The notes under the pieces were generated by a model. The model saw nothing but the letters and a program-made list of their open reading frames with translations, was not told where the DNA came from and did no database searches. A DNA stretch of 64,000 nucleotides, taken from IMG/VR virus record IMGVR_UViG_3300025398_000011. One strand, given 5' to 3'. Below, piece by piece: positions 15,376-24,905 of the stretch (the stretch's first letter is position 1; every line of letters starts with the position of its first letter). Source of the stretch: an uncultured virus (IMG/VR IMGVR_UViG_3300025398_000011) (lineage: Duplodnaviria > Heunggongvirae > Uroviricota > Caudoviricetes). The position numbers and the translations under genes were made by a program.

Positions 15376-15606
15376 ATGAAGTGCGATAACTGTTTTAATG
15401 AGGCTGTGTACACTCATTCAGAGACCGGTGTAAGCCCCGCTAACTACTGCGGTAACTGTTTGCCACACTGGTTGCAAGACAGGGCTATTGCAGGGCACTT
15501 CCCTTTAGTCACGCCTGTATCTGAAAAGGCGCCTGTAGAAGAAGCCCCAGTAGAAGATAAGCCTAAGAAGAAAGCAACTGCAAAGAGCACTGCCGTTCAG
15601 GAGTAA
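15376..15606 (+). CDS. Zinc-finger protein
   Basis: CDNC...CGNC; AGGAGG SD. Confidence 0.75.
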   Translation: MKCDNCFNEAVYTHSETGVSPANYCGNCLPHWLQDRAIAGHFPLVTPVSEKAPVEEAPVEDKPKKKATAKSTAVQE

Positions 15607-15609
15607 CTA

Positions 15610-15951
15610 GTGGGCATTGACTACGAGACTTTTGGTGCTTATGGGTCAAGAAGCCGCGAGGTTGACTACGAGTTAGATATGGTAGCTCCACATCTAATTA
15701 CCCGTATAGCCGCGCCTCAAGCCCATCCAGTCCCAGATAAAGTTACCCACGCCTACGGGCCTTTCTCGCCAGAGCTTTTACGAGAGCCAGAGCTAGTAGT
15801 TGTTACACCAGCATTTAATGAAGATGGGTCTGAGTTTCCGCTTGGAGCAACCGCGCAGAACAACTTTAAACCGCCTAGGTATTTAAGGTGCGGAGCGTGT
15901 TTTGCTAGAGTGTTGGAGACAGATACCGCTGACCACGTATGTGAGGAATAA
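15610..15951 (+). CDS. Hypothetical protein with C-terminal zinc finger
   Basis: CGAC...HVC. Confidence 0.7.
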   Translation: MGIDYETFGAYGSRSREVDYELDMVAPHLITRIAAPQAHPVPDKVTHAYGPFSPELLREPELVVVTPAFNEDGSEFPLGATAQNNFKPPRYLRCGACFARVLETDTADHVCEE

Positions 15952-16400
15952 TGGGTAGAAAGAAAGCGCCTTTAGGTAACTGGGATCAGATAGTAGGCCC
16001 AGACCACTCACGGTCTATGGACTTCTCAGTTAAGGCTTATTTAGAAGAAACCACTACTTATGAAGAGTACATTGAAGAGAAGTATCAAGATGTACAAGAT
16101 AAATATGGCGTTGAGTTTGCAAGGCCTGTGGAAACAAGAGCCGCCCCAACTACCAACCCAACACGTCCCAGAGCGCTCCAGCTAGCTTATATGAAGGACA
16201 CAGAAACTCTTTTAATCCAGTTTAGAGATGCCCCCTATATTTGTGAGTATCCTGATGTACCAATAGAGATCTGGCAAGACTTAAAGGTTACAGACTCTAC
16301 TGGAAAGTACCTGCGCAACTCTGGATTAGACCAGGCAGCCTACAAGAAAGTTCCAAAAGCACAGTTCCCCGAAGAAATTAGGGTATTATTCACGCAATGA
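15951..16400 (+). CDS. KTSC-domain protein
   Basis: AY..DTETLLIQFR....EY.DVP..IW..L....STGKY. Confidence 0.75.
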   Translation: MGRKKAPLGNWDQIVGPDHSRSMDFSVKAYLEETTTYEEYIEEKYQDVQDKYGVEFARPVETRAAPTTNPTRPRALQLAYMKDTETLLIQFRDAPYICEYPDVPIEIWQDLKVTDSTGKYLRNSGLDQAAYKKVPKAQFPEEIRVLFTQ

Positions 16401-16696
16401 AATCATACGGACCACTATACGGCGGAAAGCTAAAGTACTGGCATAGACATCTACTACCGGTTATTGAGGTAGGAACAACTCAGGAGACTGACCGCCCTTA
16501 CAGACTAGGTAAGTGCTTAGTATTCCGCTTCCCATTTACTCACCCAGGGTTCTATCTGGGGGTGTGGTTTAAGAAGCCAAACATTGACCTAGATGACGAA
16601 GACTCTATTGACGCGCTACTATTCAGGACTATGCGAGGCCGAAACGCTTGGAAGCCTCAGGACGGACTATTTGATGAAACTTTTTTCTCGGAATAA
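16397..16696 (+). CDS. Hypothetical protein
   Basis: ATGA-coupled ORF. Confidence 0.7.
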   Translation: MKSYGPLYGGKLKYWHRHLLPVIEVGTTQETDRPYRLGKCLVFRFPFTHPGFYLGVWFKKPNIDLDDEDSIDALLFRTMRGRNAWKPQDGLFDETFFSE

Positions 16697-16919
16697 GGTC
16701 TGGGACAAGCCATTCTCTGAGAAGGTCTCTAAGAGAGTAACAAGACTACAAACAGCTGAGATTGAGGGTTGGTTAGACCAATCCATCTATGAGATAGGCC
16801 GTTGCCTCTCTATGTACCAGCGCAGTAGGGACGACATCTACTTAGATGAAGCTTTAAAGGGCGCAGAGGCTCTTCACGCTATGGTGGATCAACTTAGAAA
16901 GCGTACGCCACGCCGCTAA
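16674..16919 (+). CDS. Hypothetical helical protein
   Basis: Likely start ATG 16674 (MKLFSR). Confidence 0.65.
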   Translation: MKLFSRNKVWDKPFSEKVSKRVTRLQTAEIEGWLDQSIYEIGRCLSMYQRSRDDIYLDEALKGAEALHAMVDQLRKRTPRR

Positions 16920-16990
16920 ACCCATTTGTCGACAAATAGACATTTATGCTATTATTGTCTACGCCTCTCTTCCTCTCCCCGTAGATGGCG

Positions 16991-17028
16991 CAAAGAGCCT
17001 GGGTTTAACGACTTAGGCTCTTTGTTTT
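16991..17028 (+). terminator. Terminator-like hairpin in the terminase leader
   Basis: CAAAGAGCCTGGGT..ACTTAGGCTCTTTG followed by TTTT. Confidence 0.7.
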
Positions 17029-17048
17029 AAAATAAACTAAAGGTTTAT

Positions 17049-18632
17049 ATGGACCAACTAATTGATGATGAAGACGACGAGTTCTACCCTGATGAAATAG
17101 AGGGCGATGAACCCGAGATAGAAGACGAAGAGGTTGAGCTTGATGAGCTCTCCCGTGCCTTCGTCAATAAGCTTGTTGACCGCTGCATTCAATTCCAGAC
17201 TGCCCTTGTAGGTCATGAGCTTCACCCTTATCAAATGCCGCTTGCCCGCCGCATTATTGAGTCCGTCATTATTAATGACAGCGAAGAAATCACAGCTTTG
17301 GCAGCTCGTCAGAGCGGTAAGTCAGAGACTATTGCTAACACCATTGCTACCTTGATGGTTTTGCTCCCGCGCCTAGCCAAGATGTACCCAGACCTTCTTG
17401 GTAAGTTTAAAGAGGGCATTATGATCGGTATGTTTGCGCCTGTTGAGGGTCAGGTTGAAACCCTGTTTGGTCGTACAGTAAACCGCCTTACCTCTGAGCG
17501 CGCCCTAGAGATCCTAGGTGATCCTGAGATTGATGACAGCGTAGGCCGTGTGGCAGGCGTTACCCGCCAGATTAAGCTAAAGAACTCTGGCTCATCTCTA
17601 ATGATGATGACCGCTAACCCACGCGCAAAGATTGAATCTAAGTCCTTCCATCTTATTGTTATTGATGAGTGCCAAGAAGCTGATGACTTTGTAGTCTCCA
17701 AGTCAATCGCTCCTATGCTTGCGTACTACGCAGGAACTATGGTTAAAACTGGCACCCCAACTACCCACAAGAACAATTTCTACAACAGCATCATGCTTAA
17801 CAAGCGTAGGCAAACCAGTAGAACCAAACGCCAGAACCACTTTGAATGGACTTGGCGAGATGTGGTTAAGGTCAACGCTAACTATGAGAAGCACATTAAG
17901 CGTGAGAAGCTGCGCATTGGCGAAGACTCAGATGAATTCCAGATGTCGTACAACTGTAAGTGGCTTCTTGAGCGCGGTATGTTCGTTACCTCAACCACCA
18001 TGGATAAGCTTGGCGATACCTCTATGGAGATCCAGCGCGCCTGGCATAGAACCCCAGTAGTTGTTGGCATTGACCCAGCCCGTAAGATTGACTCTACAGT
18101 AGTAACTGTTGTCTGGGTTGACTGGGATCGCCCAGATGAATTTGGCTACTTTGACCACAGAGTACTTAACTGGTTGGAGTTACAAGGAGATGACTGGGAA
18201 GACCAGTACTTCCAGATCGTAAAGTTCTTAGAGAACTACAACGTTATGTATGTTGGCGTAGACGCTAATGGTGTTGGTGACGCGGTTGCTCAGCGCCTAA
18301 AACTCCTGCTTCCTAGGGCAGAGGTATTTGCTGTAGGTAGTAGTCAGCCTGAGCAATCTAAGCGTTGGAAGCACTTAAAGGCGCTTATGGACCGCGAGCT
18401 CATTAGTTGGCCTGCCCACGCTAAGACAAGAAAGCTTCGTAGTTACCGCCGATTCCGTCAACAGTTAGAGGATCTAGAGACCAAGTTTACTGGCCCTAAC
18501 TTTCTAGCTAAAGCGCCGGACGAAGCCCACGCGCACGATGACTACGCAGACTCGTTGGCTATCGCCTGCTCTTTAACCATCGAAATGACGATGCCACAGA
18601 TTGAAGTTTCATCCAGTCCGTTTTTTAGATAA
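17049..18632 (+). CDS. terL: Terminase large subunit
   Basis: Walker A ARQSGKS, Walker B IVIDE, TGT coupling motif, nuclease GIDPA...HDDYADS. Confidence 0.95.
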   Translation: MDQLIDDEDDEFYPDEIEGDEPEIEDEEVELDELSRAFVNKLVDRCIQFQTALVGHELHPYQMPLARRIIESVIINDSEEITALAARQSGKSETIANTIATLMVLLPRLAKMYPDLLGKFKEGIMIGMFAPVEGQVETLFGRTVNRLTSERALEILGDPEIDDSVGRVAGVTRQIKLKNSGSSLMMMTANPRAKIESKSFHLIVIDECQEADDFVVSKSIAPMLAYYAGTMVKTGTPTTHKNNFYNSIMLNKRRQTSRTKRQNHFEWTWRDVVKVNANYEKHIKREKLRIGEDSDEFQMSYNCKWLLERGMFVTSTTMDKLGDTSMEIQRAWHRTPVVVGIDPARKIDSTVVTVVWVDWDRPDEFGYFDHRVLNWLELQGDDWEDQYFQIVKFLENYNVMYVGVDANGVGDAVAQRLKLLLPRAEVFAVGSSQPEQSKRWKHLKALMDRELISWPAHAKTRKLRSYRRFRQQLEDLETKFTGPNFLAKAPDEAHAHDDYADSLAIACSLTIEMTMPQIEVSSSPFFR

Positions 18633-18706
18633 GACTTTAGGCTGACTGTAGCTACTTTCTGTAGCACACTTTTACTGAGGTCCTCAACCTAATATAGGAG
18701 TAAATA

Positions 18707-19105
18707 ATGGCAATTGCACCAGATCCAAAGTTCCCAGAACGTCCTGGCACTGTCTACGACCGCAAAGTCTCACCAGCAACCCCTGGTCAGCGCGGCCCAC
18801 TTCGTTTTGAAGAAGGCATTGCAACAGACACAGACGTCCCACAGGAATTCACAAAGGGCGCTATGCAGGGATACGTTCCTGCAGCAGGTCGTCCAAACCG
18901 TAATCAGAATGTATTTGAGAAGCTTCCAGAAGAGACAATGCGTGAGCGCGCTCACGTTGGTTCTGCTGCATGGGTAGAAGCTCCAGATCATCTTAAGGAA
19001 TTTGCTGCTGGTGGTTTTGCAGACCACGGTGACAACCGCATTGAGGAAGCATTCCGCAGCGGTGGTCCACAGAAGGCTGGCAATCCTGCAGTCGTCCACG
19101 ACTAA
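18707..19105 (+). CDS. Conserved hypothetical head-module protein
   Basis: AGGAG SD; own promoter and terminator. Confidence 0.8.
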   Translation: MAIAPDPKFPERPGTVYDRKVSPATPGQRGPLRFEEGIATDTDVPQEFTKGAMQGYVPAAGRPNRNQNVFEKLPEETMRERAHVGSAAWVEAPDHLKEFAAGGFADHGDNRIEEAFRSGGPQKAGNPAVVHD

Positions 19106-19169
19106 GAAATAAGTCAATCATCCCTGCCTCATACTTGGGGCAGGGCTGGTTACTATCTAAGGATTATTA

Positions 19170-19478
19170 ATGGCATTAATCGCAGGTAAAGAAGTAAAAA
19201 AGGGTCCTAAGCAGATCCCTGCAAATCAAAAGCTTTGGAACATGCTTACTACTCAAGCGCGCTCTAAGTTCCGCACATACCCTTCTCCTGCAGCTGCTCA
19301 CTGGGTTCACTCCCGCTATGTTCAATTGGGTGGCAAGTTTGTAACATCTGAGAAAGATGTAGATCCACGCTTCCGCGATTACGCTAAAGAAGCGCAGGAT
19401 AAAAAAGAAAAAGAACAAAAGAAGGTAGTAACTAAGCCGGTAGGCCAGAACCTCATTAGAGGCGAACGTTTCCGCTGA
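19170..19478 (+). CDS. Hypothetical basic protein
   Basis: LW...A..KF..YPS.AA..WV...Y...GG motif. Confidence 0.75.
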   Translation: MALIAGKEVKKGPKQIPANQKLWNMLTTQARSKFRTYPSPAAAHWVHSRYVQLGGKFVTSEKDVDPRFRDYAKEAQDKKEKEQKKVVTKPVGQNLIRGERFR

Positions 19479-19541
19479 GTGTCGTTTTGTACATAAGTCG
19501 ACATTTATGTTAGTATTGTCTAAAGTTGAAAGAGGTGAGCA

Positions 19542-21254
19542 GTGAGCGGTATGGATTTCTCTCCACCGAGTTATCGCGCAGCCTCATCTGATTTAACCAT
19601 CTCCATCTCCCCGCTTGGGTTAGTAGAACTAGCGGATGAAGAGTTTGAAGTCCACGGCCCACGCCTAAATCGCTACTCACTTAACTGGGCTATGTATCTT
19701 GGCCACCACTGGTCTTATCGCCGTCAGACAGGCGAGACACAGATGGTTCTTAATTACTATCGCGCATTCAGCGACTTCATCATTAACTTTACCTTTGGTA
19801 AGGGTGTTAACTTCCGCAGCCCTAAAGAGACCGAAGCAATCGTTCCAGACCTGCTAGAGCGCGTCTGGGAAGTGGATAACAACAAGGCCACAGTCCTTTG
19901 GGAAATTGGTCAGCAAGGTACGGTGTCAGGTGATTGCTTTATTAAAGTGGCTTATGAAGAGCCTTATGTGGATCCTGCTGGCCGTAAGCACCCTGGTCGT
20001 GTACGAATTTTGCCTCTTAACTCTAGTTTTGCTTTCCCCGAGTTCCATCCACACGACCGCGAACGCCTTGTCCGTTTTAAGCTTAAGTACCGTTTTTGGG
20101 GTACTAGCTTGGAAGGTACGCGCCAAGTATTCACGTACACAGAAATCCTCACAGATGACATCATCGAGGAATACATCAATGACGAACTCATTGACTCGCG
20201 CCCTAATCCGCTTGGCACAATTCCAGTTATTCATATTCCGAATGTTCGTATTAGTGGTAGCCCTTGGGGTCTCTCTGATTGCAATGACATTATCAATATT
20301 AACCGCGCTTACAATGAGACTGCTACGGATATTGCTGACATTGTTAATTACCACGCGGCTCCCGTCACCGTCATCATCGGTGCTAAAGCTTCTCAGCTTG
20401 AGAAGGGCGCTAACAAAGTATGGGGCGGGCTTCCAAAAGACGCACGAGTAGAGAACCTAGAAGGTGGCGCACAGGGTCTAAAGGGCGCTATGGACTTCCT
20501 AGCAATGATGAAGAAGTCTATGCACGAAATGATTGGTGTTCCTGAGACCGCTCTTGGGCAGGCTCAGCCTATCTCTAACACCTCTGGCGTTGCTCTTTCT
20601 ATTCAGTTCCAGCCATTGATGAACCGTTATCACCAGAAGATCGTTCAGTACGCACACGGTCTTGAGCGCGTTAATGAGCTTATCCTTCTTAACCTTGCCC
20701 TTAAAGAGCCAGAGACATTTACCTGGGACCCTAACTCAAGCACTGTTCCGCTAAAGCCTGGTCAGGTATCTCAGCTTGATATTAATGATCCTATTACTTT
20801 CCGCTCATACGTTCACTTCCCTCAGCCATTGCCTCTTGACAAGCTCATTGCTATCAATGAAGTCCAGTCAATGCTCTCTCTTGGCCTTGAGTCTAAGGAA
20901 GGTGCTTTGCGCATCTTAGGCGAAGAGTTCCCACAAGAAAAGCTCACAGAGATCCGTCAAGAGCTTCAAGACGAAGCTATGGCAGATGGGGCACTCAAGC
21001 TTATCCAGACACAGATCGAGCAGGACATCATGGCTCTTACAGGGTCAATGCCAGCACAAACAGGACCTGGTGGTTCCTCTGCACCAGGCGTTCCAGGCGC
21101 AGAAGCACCTGCAGCCCCAACAGAGCCAGTATTACTAGACGACGCAACTATCGCCGCCCAAATGGGTGACGAGAAGGTACGCACTCGACTAGTAACGGAA
21201 GCCTACGGTACTCAATTGCCACAGCGCAGAGTTCCGGAGGACTACGAAAAATAA
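19542..21254 (+). CDS. Portal protein (SPP1 gp6-like)
   Basis: Size and position between terL and scaffold; G.IPVIHIPN...G.SD and SGVAL motifs. Confidence 0.9.
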   Translation: MSGMDFSPPSYRAASSDLTISISPLGLVELADEEFEVHGPRLNRYSLNWAMYLGHHWSYRRQTGETQMVLNYYRAFSDFIINFTFGKGVNFRSPKETEAIVPDLLERVWEVDNNKATVLWEIGQQGTVSGDCFIKVAYEEPYVDPAGRKHPGRVRILPLNSSFAFPEFHPHDRERLVRFKLKYRFWGTSLEGTRQVFTYTEILTDDIIEEYINDELIDSRPNPLGTIPVIHIPNVRISGSPWGLSDCNDIININRAYNETATDIADIVNYHAAPVTVIIGAKASQLEKGANKVWGGLPKDARVENLEGGAQGLKGAMDFLAMMKKSMHEMIGVPETALGQAQPISNTSGVALSIQFQPLMNRYHQKIVQYAHGLERVNELILLNLALKEPETFTWDPNSSTVPLKPGQVSQLDINDPITFRSYVHFPQPLPLDKLIAINEVQSMLSLGLESKEGALRILGEEFPQEKLTEIRQELQDEAMADGALKLIQTQIEQDIMALTGSMPAQTGPGGSSAPGVPGAEAPAAPTEPVLLDDATIAAQMGDEKVRTRLVTEAYGTQLPQRRVPEDYEK

Positions 21255-21369
21255 AGTAATTTATACAGACAATTAGGACATCTATTGTCAAAATAAATAC
21301 TGTAATACCACGTTAGGTCATTTGTGCCCCCACATCGGAGAACGACCCCTAGGATAAAAGGATAAACGC

Positions 21370-22152
21370 ATGTCAGAAACTGCAGAACAAATGGCTACTG
21401 CTTTTGAAGCAGAAGCAAATACCGCTCCAGTAGTAAATGTGTCGGGCGTTGACGCGCCTACTGTTACCTCTGGAAAGACCGAACCTACTCAGAAGTTTTA
21501 TACCGAAGAGGATCTTGCAAAGGTTCGTTCACAAGAGAAAGAAAAGCTTTACCCAGAGATCGATCGATTGAAGGAAGAAGTTTCACTTCTCAAGAAGGAG
21601 CGGGAAGAAAAAGCAGCTCGCAAGGCAGCAGAGGCGGAAGCCAAAGCAGCTGAAGAAAAGGCTAAGCTTGAAGAGAACTTGGACGCCAAGGACTTTGCAA
21701 AGGCTACAGCTGAAGAGTTGCGAGAGCAGTTGGCACGTGAGCGTCAAGAACGCGAAGCGGCCTTCGCTCTTCTGGAGCAGGAAAGAAAGTTTGCAGAACT
21801 GCAAGCATACCGTCAACAAGCTGTTGAACAGAACCGCGACAATATCATCCCTCAACTCATTGATTACGTCCAGGGCAATACCTTGGAAGAGATCAACGAG
21901 AGCATTGCAGGATTGGTTGAGCGATCTAACAGTATTCTCGAATCTGCACAGTCTGCTATTCAGCAGCAGCGCAGAGATATGCCGGGCGTAAGGGCAACCT
22001 TGCCAGGCGTTGGACCACTGGAAACTAATTCGGAACCACGTCAGTTTACTGCCGCAGATATTGCGTCAATGCCGATGAATGAATACGCAAAAGTCCGCAC
22101 TCAGATCTTGAGCAACCGTGCTCTTGGTAAGACCAGCGGAATATTGGGCTAA
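21370..22152 (+). CDS. Capsid scaffolding protein
   Basis: Coiled-coil, E/K/A-rich, directly upstream of the MCP; I..M.M.EY...R tail. Confidence 0.85.
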   Translation: MSETAEQMATAFEAEANTAPVVNVSGVDAPTVTSGKTEPTQKFYTEEDLAKVRSQEKEKLYPEIDRLKEEVSLLKKEREEKAARKAAEAEAKAAEEKAKLEENLDAKDFAKATAEELREQLARERQEREAAFALLEQERKFAELQAYRQQAVEQNRDNIIPQLIDYVQGNTLEEINESIAGLVERSNSILESAQSAIQQQRRDMPGVRATLPGVGPLETNSEPRQFTAADIASMPMNEYAKVRTQILSNRALGKTSGILG

Positions 22153-22194
22153 CACTTAATCTATTAAAAACTACTATCAAGGAGTCAAAGCCAA

Positions 22195-23268
22195 ATGGCA
22201 TCAGGTATCACAGGTACAGGCAATCTTGCCGCAGCCCCTACAGCGTACTCAGGTACCAACACCCAGCTAACTCAGGCGATTCAGACTATCTGGTCCAAGG
22301 AAATCTTGTTCCAGGCTATGCCTATCCTTCGCTTCGAGCAGTTTGCAGTCAAGAAGACTGAGCTCGGTGTTGCACCTGGTCTACAGATCAACTTCATGCG
22401 TTACAACAACCTCGGATTCGCTTCACCTCTTGTTGAAGGTGTCCGTATGCAGACTAACGCTCTCACAGCACAGCAGTTCTCAATCACTGTAACTGAGCAT
22501 GGTTATGCTCTTGCAGTATCTGAGCTCTTGCTCAATGCTTCATTCGATGACGTAATGGCTTCAGCCTCACGTCTTCTCGGTCGTAACATGGCTATCTACC
22601 TAGATCAGCTCTCACGCGACACACTCTACGCAGCTTCTTCAACCCTTTACGGTGAAGATCGCTCATCAGTCTCATCAGCTGTTAACAACTGGTATGGCTA
22701 TGGAACCTTCGGCACATCACGTGCATCAATGACAGGTGCTTCATACCTCACACCACACGTTATCAAGGACACAGTTGAGACCTTGGCAACAAAGAACATC
22801 CCACGGTTGGGCGAGACTTATGTCTGCTTCGTTCACCCACACCAGAGCCGTACTCTTCGTGACAACCCTGAGTTCATCGAAGTCACTAAGTACGCAGCTC
22901 CAGGTAACTTCATGCTTGGTGAAATCGGTCGTCTCTACGACGTAGTATTCATCGAAACCACTCAGGTCCTCAAGGTCGTTGGTGGAGCAGGTTCTGGATA
23001 CACAACTGATACAGCTGTTGCTAACCCAGTTGTTGTTCCTGGCGGAGGCTACACAACCCCAGCTACCCTCACAGGTAACGGTGCTTCAGATCGTTATGCA
23101 GCTATCATGATCGGTGATAACGCATTTGGTCACGCTATCTCACTCCCAGTCGAACTCCGCGATGGCGGTATCCTCGACTTTGGTCGTGAGCATGCACTTG
23201 CTTGGTACTCAATCTTCGGACTTGGCCTCATCACTGACCAGAGCGTAGTAATTGTAGAAACCAACTAA
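22195..23268 (+). CDS. Major capsid protein (N4-gp56-like family)
   Basis: L.EGV..., EHG..., YVCFVHP.Q...L, GEIGRL..VVF.ET; strongly biased codon usage. Confidence 0.93.
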   Translation: MASGITGTGNLAAAPTAYSGTNTQLTQAIQTIWSKEILFQAMPILRFEQFAVKKTELGVAPGLQINFMRYNNLGFASPLVEGVRMQTNALTAQQFSITVTEHGYALAVSELLLNASFDDVMASASRLLGRNMAIYLDQLSRDTLYAASSTLYGEDRSSVSSAVNNWYGYGTFGTSRASMTGASYLTPHVIKDTVETLATKNIPRLGETYVCFVHPHQSRTLRDNPEFIEVTKYAAPGNFMLGEIGRLYDVVFIETTQVLKVVGGAGSGYTTDTAVANPVVVPGGGYTTPATLTGNGASDRYAAIMIGDNAFGHAISLPVELRDGGILDFGREHALAWYSIFGLGLITDQSVVIVETN

Positions 23269-23287
23269 TTACAACTAAATAGCTTAA

Positions 23288-23316
23288 AGTGGGGGGCTTC
23301 GGCCCCCCACCATTTT
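23288..23316 (+). terminator. Intrinsic terminator
   Basis: GTGGGGGGC-TTCG-GCCCCCCAC followed by CATTTT. Confidence 0.85.
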
Positions 23317-23343
23317 AATCGAGATACTAATTAGGAGAATACA

Positions 23344-23709
23344 ATGGCTAAAACAAAGCCCACTGATGTAACCGGTCGTGTACGCGAGCAGCTTGCAGAG
23401 CAAGCGGCAGCCGATATGAACGATCGTGCAGCTGAAATGTCTATGGCAACAGCTCAAGCCCAGGTCAAACTAGAGACCGAAGTTATTGACGCTACTAAGC
23501 CTTCTCGTCAAACAGTTATTGTTGATGACCCTGTGACTGTCGGAAGTCCAGATGATTCTTCCGTTGAGATTCGTGTCGTTCAAGACCTCGACAACATGAC
23601 TCTCGGTAAGGGCAATAATTACAGCTTTAAAGCTGGCGTTAAGTACAAAGTTACAAAGCAAGTAGCTCAACACCTTAAGGAAAAAGGTTATCTAGCTGGC
23701 GTTATCTAA
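23344..23709 (+). CDS. Hypothetical head-associated protein
   Basis: AGGAG SD; follows the MCP. Confidence 0.75.
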   Translation: MAKTKPTDVTGRVREQLAEQAAADMNDRAAEMSMATAQAQVKLETEVIDATKPSRQTVIVDDPVTVGSPDDSSVEIRVVQDLDNMTLGKGNNYSFKAGVKYKVTKQVAQHLKEKGYLAGVI

Positions 23710-23816
23710 GACATACTTAGCGAAGTGGGCGCCTCTTTCTGAGGCGCTCTTTTCGTTTGAGCAGATTTTTTATAAAAATTCCGACACTATAGTACCTGTA
23801 GCGTGAGGAGTTTTGG

Positions 23817-24902
23817 GTGGCCCTATTATCTGATTTAGTCTCAAGAGTCCGTCTTGAGATCGGTGACCAAGCCTCTCAGTTTAGCTATGCTGCGACTGGC
23901 GATGGCACTACTAAAGCCTTTCCAATTGGCAAGTATCCTGTAGACCCAGCTACCCTTTACATAACCGTTAATGGGACTGCGCAGGCTACCCCCGCTAATT
24001 ACACTCTAGAAGCTAATCTAGGAATCATTCACTTTGTAATTGCCCCTGCGCTAAACGCAACTATTGCCGTATCTGGTCAGAACTATCGCTACTTTACAGA
24101 TGAAGACATCACTACTTTTGTATGCGATGCTGTAACCCAGCACACATATAATCGTGTAGATTCTTACGGCTCACAGGTAACTATCAACTCAATCCCGCCT
24201 GTTGAAGAGTACCCAGTAGCTGTGTTAGCTTCTATTGAGGCTCTATGGGCGCTAGCTACTGACTCAGCTTTTGATATCAACATCACCGCCCCAGATGGTG
24301 TGGTAATCCCACGCGCTCAGCGCTATCAGCAGCTTTCTAATATTATCCAGCAACGCTGGGAACAATACCGCTTGCTATGCTCACAGCTTAACGTTGGCCT
24401 GTGGCGCATTGAGATGGGTACTCTTATCCGTACCTCTAGAACCACTAACAAGTTTGTACCTATCTACATGGGTCAAGAGATTGATGACGCTCGTAAGCCA
24501 GAGCGCGTTTATATACATAATGATCTTACTGGTCGTAATCCGTTCCCTACTTACGCGCAGATCCAAGACCTTATTCTCTACCAGGGTAACTCTTTCCAAG
24601 AAGAGTTTACCTTCCCATTTGATACCACAGGCCTTACTTGGGAATCCCAAATCCGTAGCTACCCTAACTCACCTTCACTTTACGCCACCTTTACAATTAC
24701 TAAGGTATCTACCTCTTCTACGGCAAGCACTATCAGAATCTCATTGACTGTTGAACAGACTTCCTACCTACCACAACGCGCTTTCTGGGACCTTGTAGCT
24801 ACTTCTGCAACAGATCCTAACTATGCAATGACTTATATCAGAGGTCAAGTATTCACCACTACCGGCGTCACTATGGACACCGGTCAGTACGGGAGTTGGT
24901 AA
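23817..24902 (+). CDS. Head-tail adaptor/neck protein
   Basis: VRLEIGD and YFTDEDI motifs; position after the capsid genes. Confidence 0.7.
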   Translation: MALLSDLVSRVRLEIGDQASQFSYAATGDGTTKAFPIGKYPVDPATLYITVNGTAQATPANYTLEANLGIIHFVIAPALNATIAVSGQNYRYFTDEDITTFVCDAVTQHTYNRVDSYGSQVTINSIPPVEEYPVAVLASIEALWALATDSAFDINITAPDGVVIPRAQRYQQLSNIIQQRWEQYRLLCSQLNVGLWRIEMGTLIRTSRTTNKFVPIYMGQEIDDARKPERVYIHNDLTGRNPFPTYAQIQDLILYQGNSFQEEFTFPFDTTGLTWESQIRSYPNSPSLYATFTITKVSTSSTASTIRISLTVEQTSYLPQRAFWDLVATSATDPNYAMTYIRGQVFTTTGVTMDTGQYGSW

Positions 24903-24905
24903 TAG

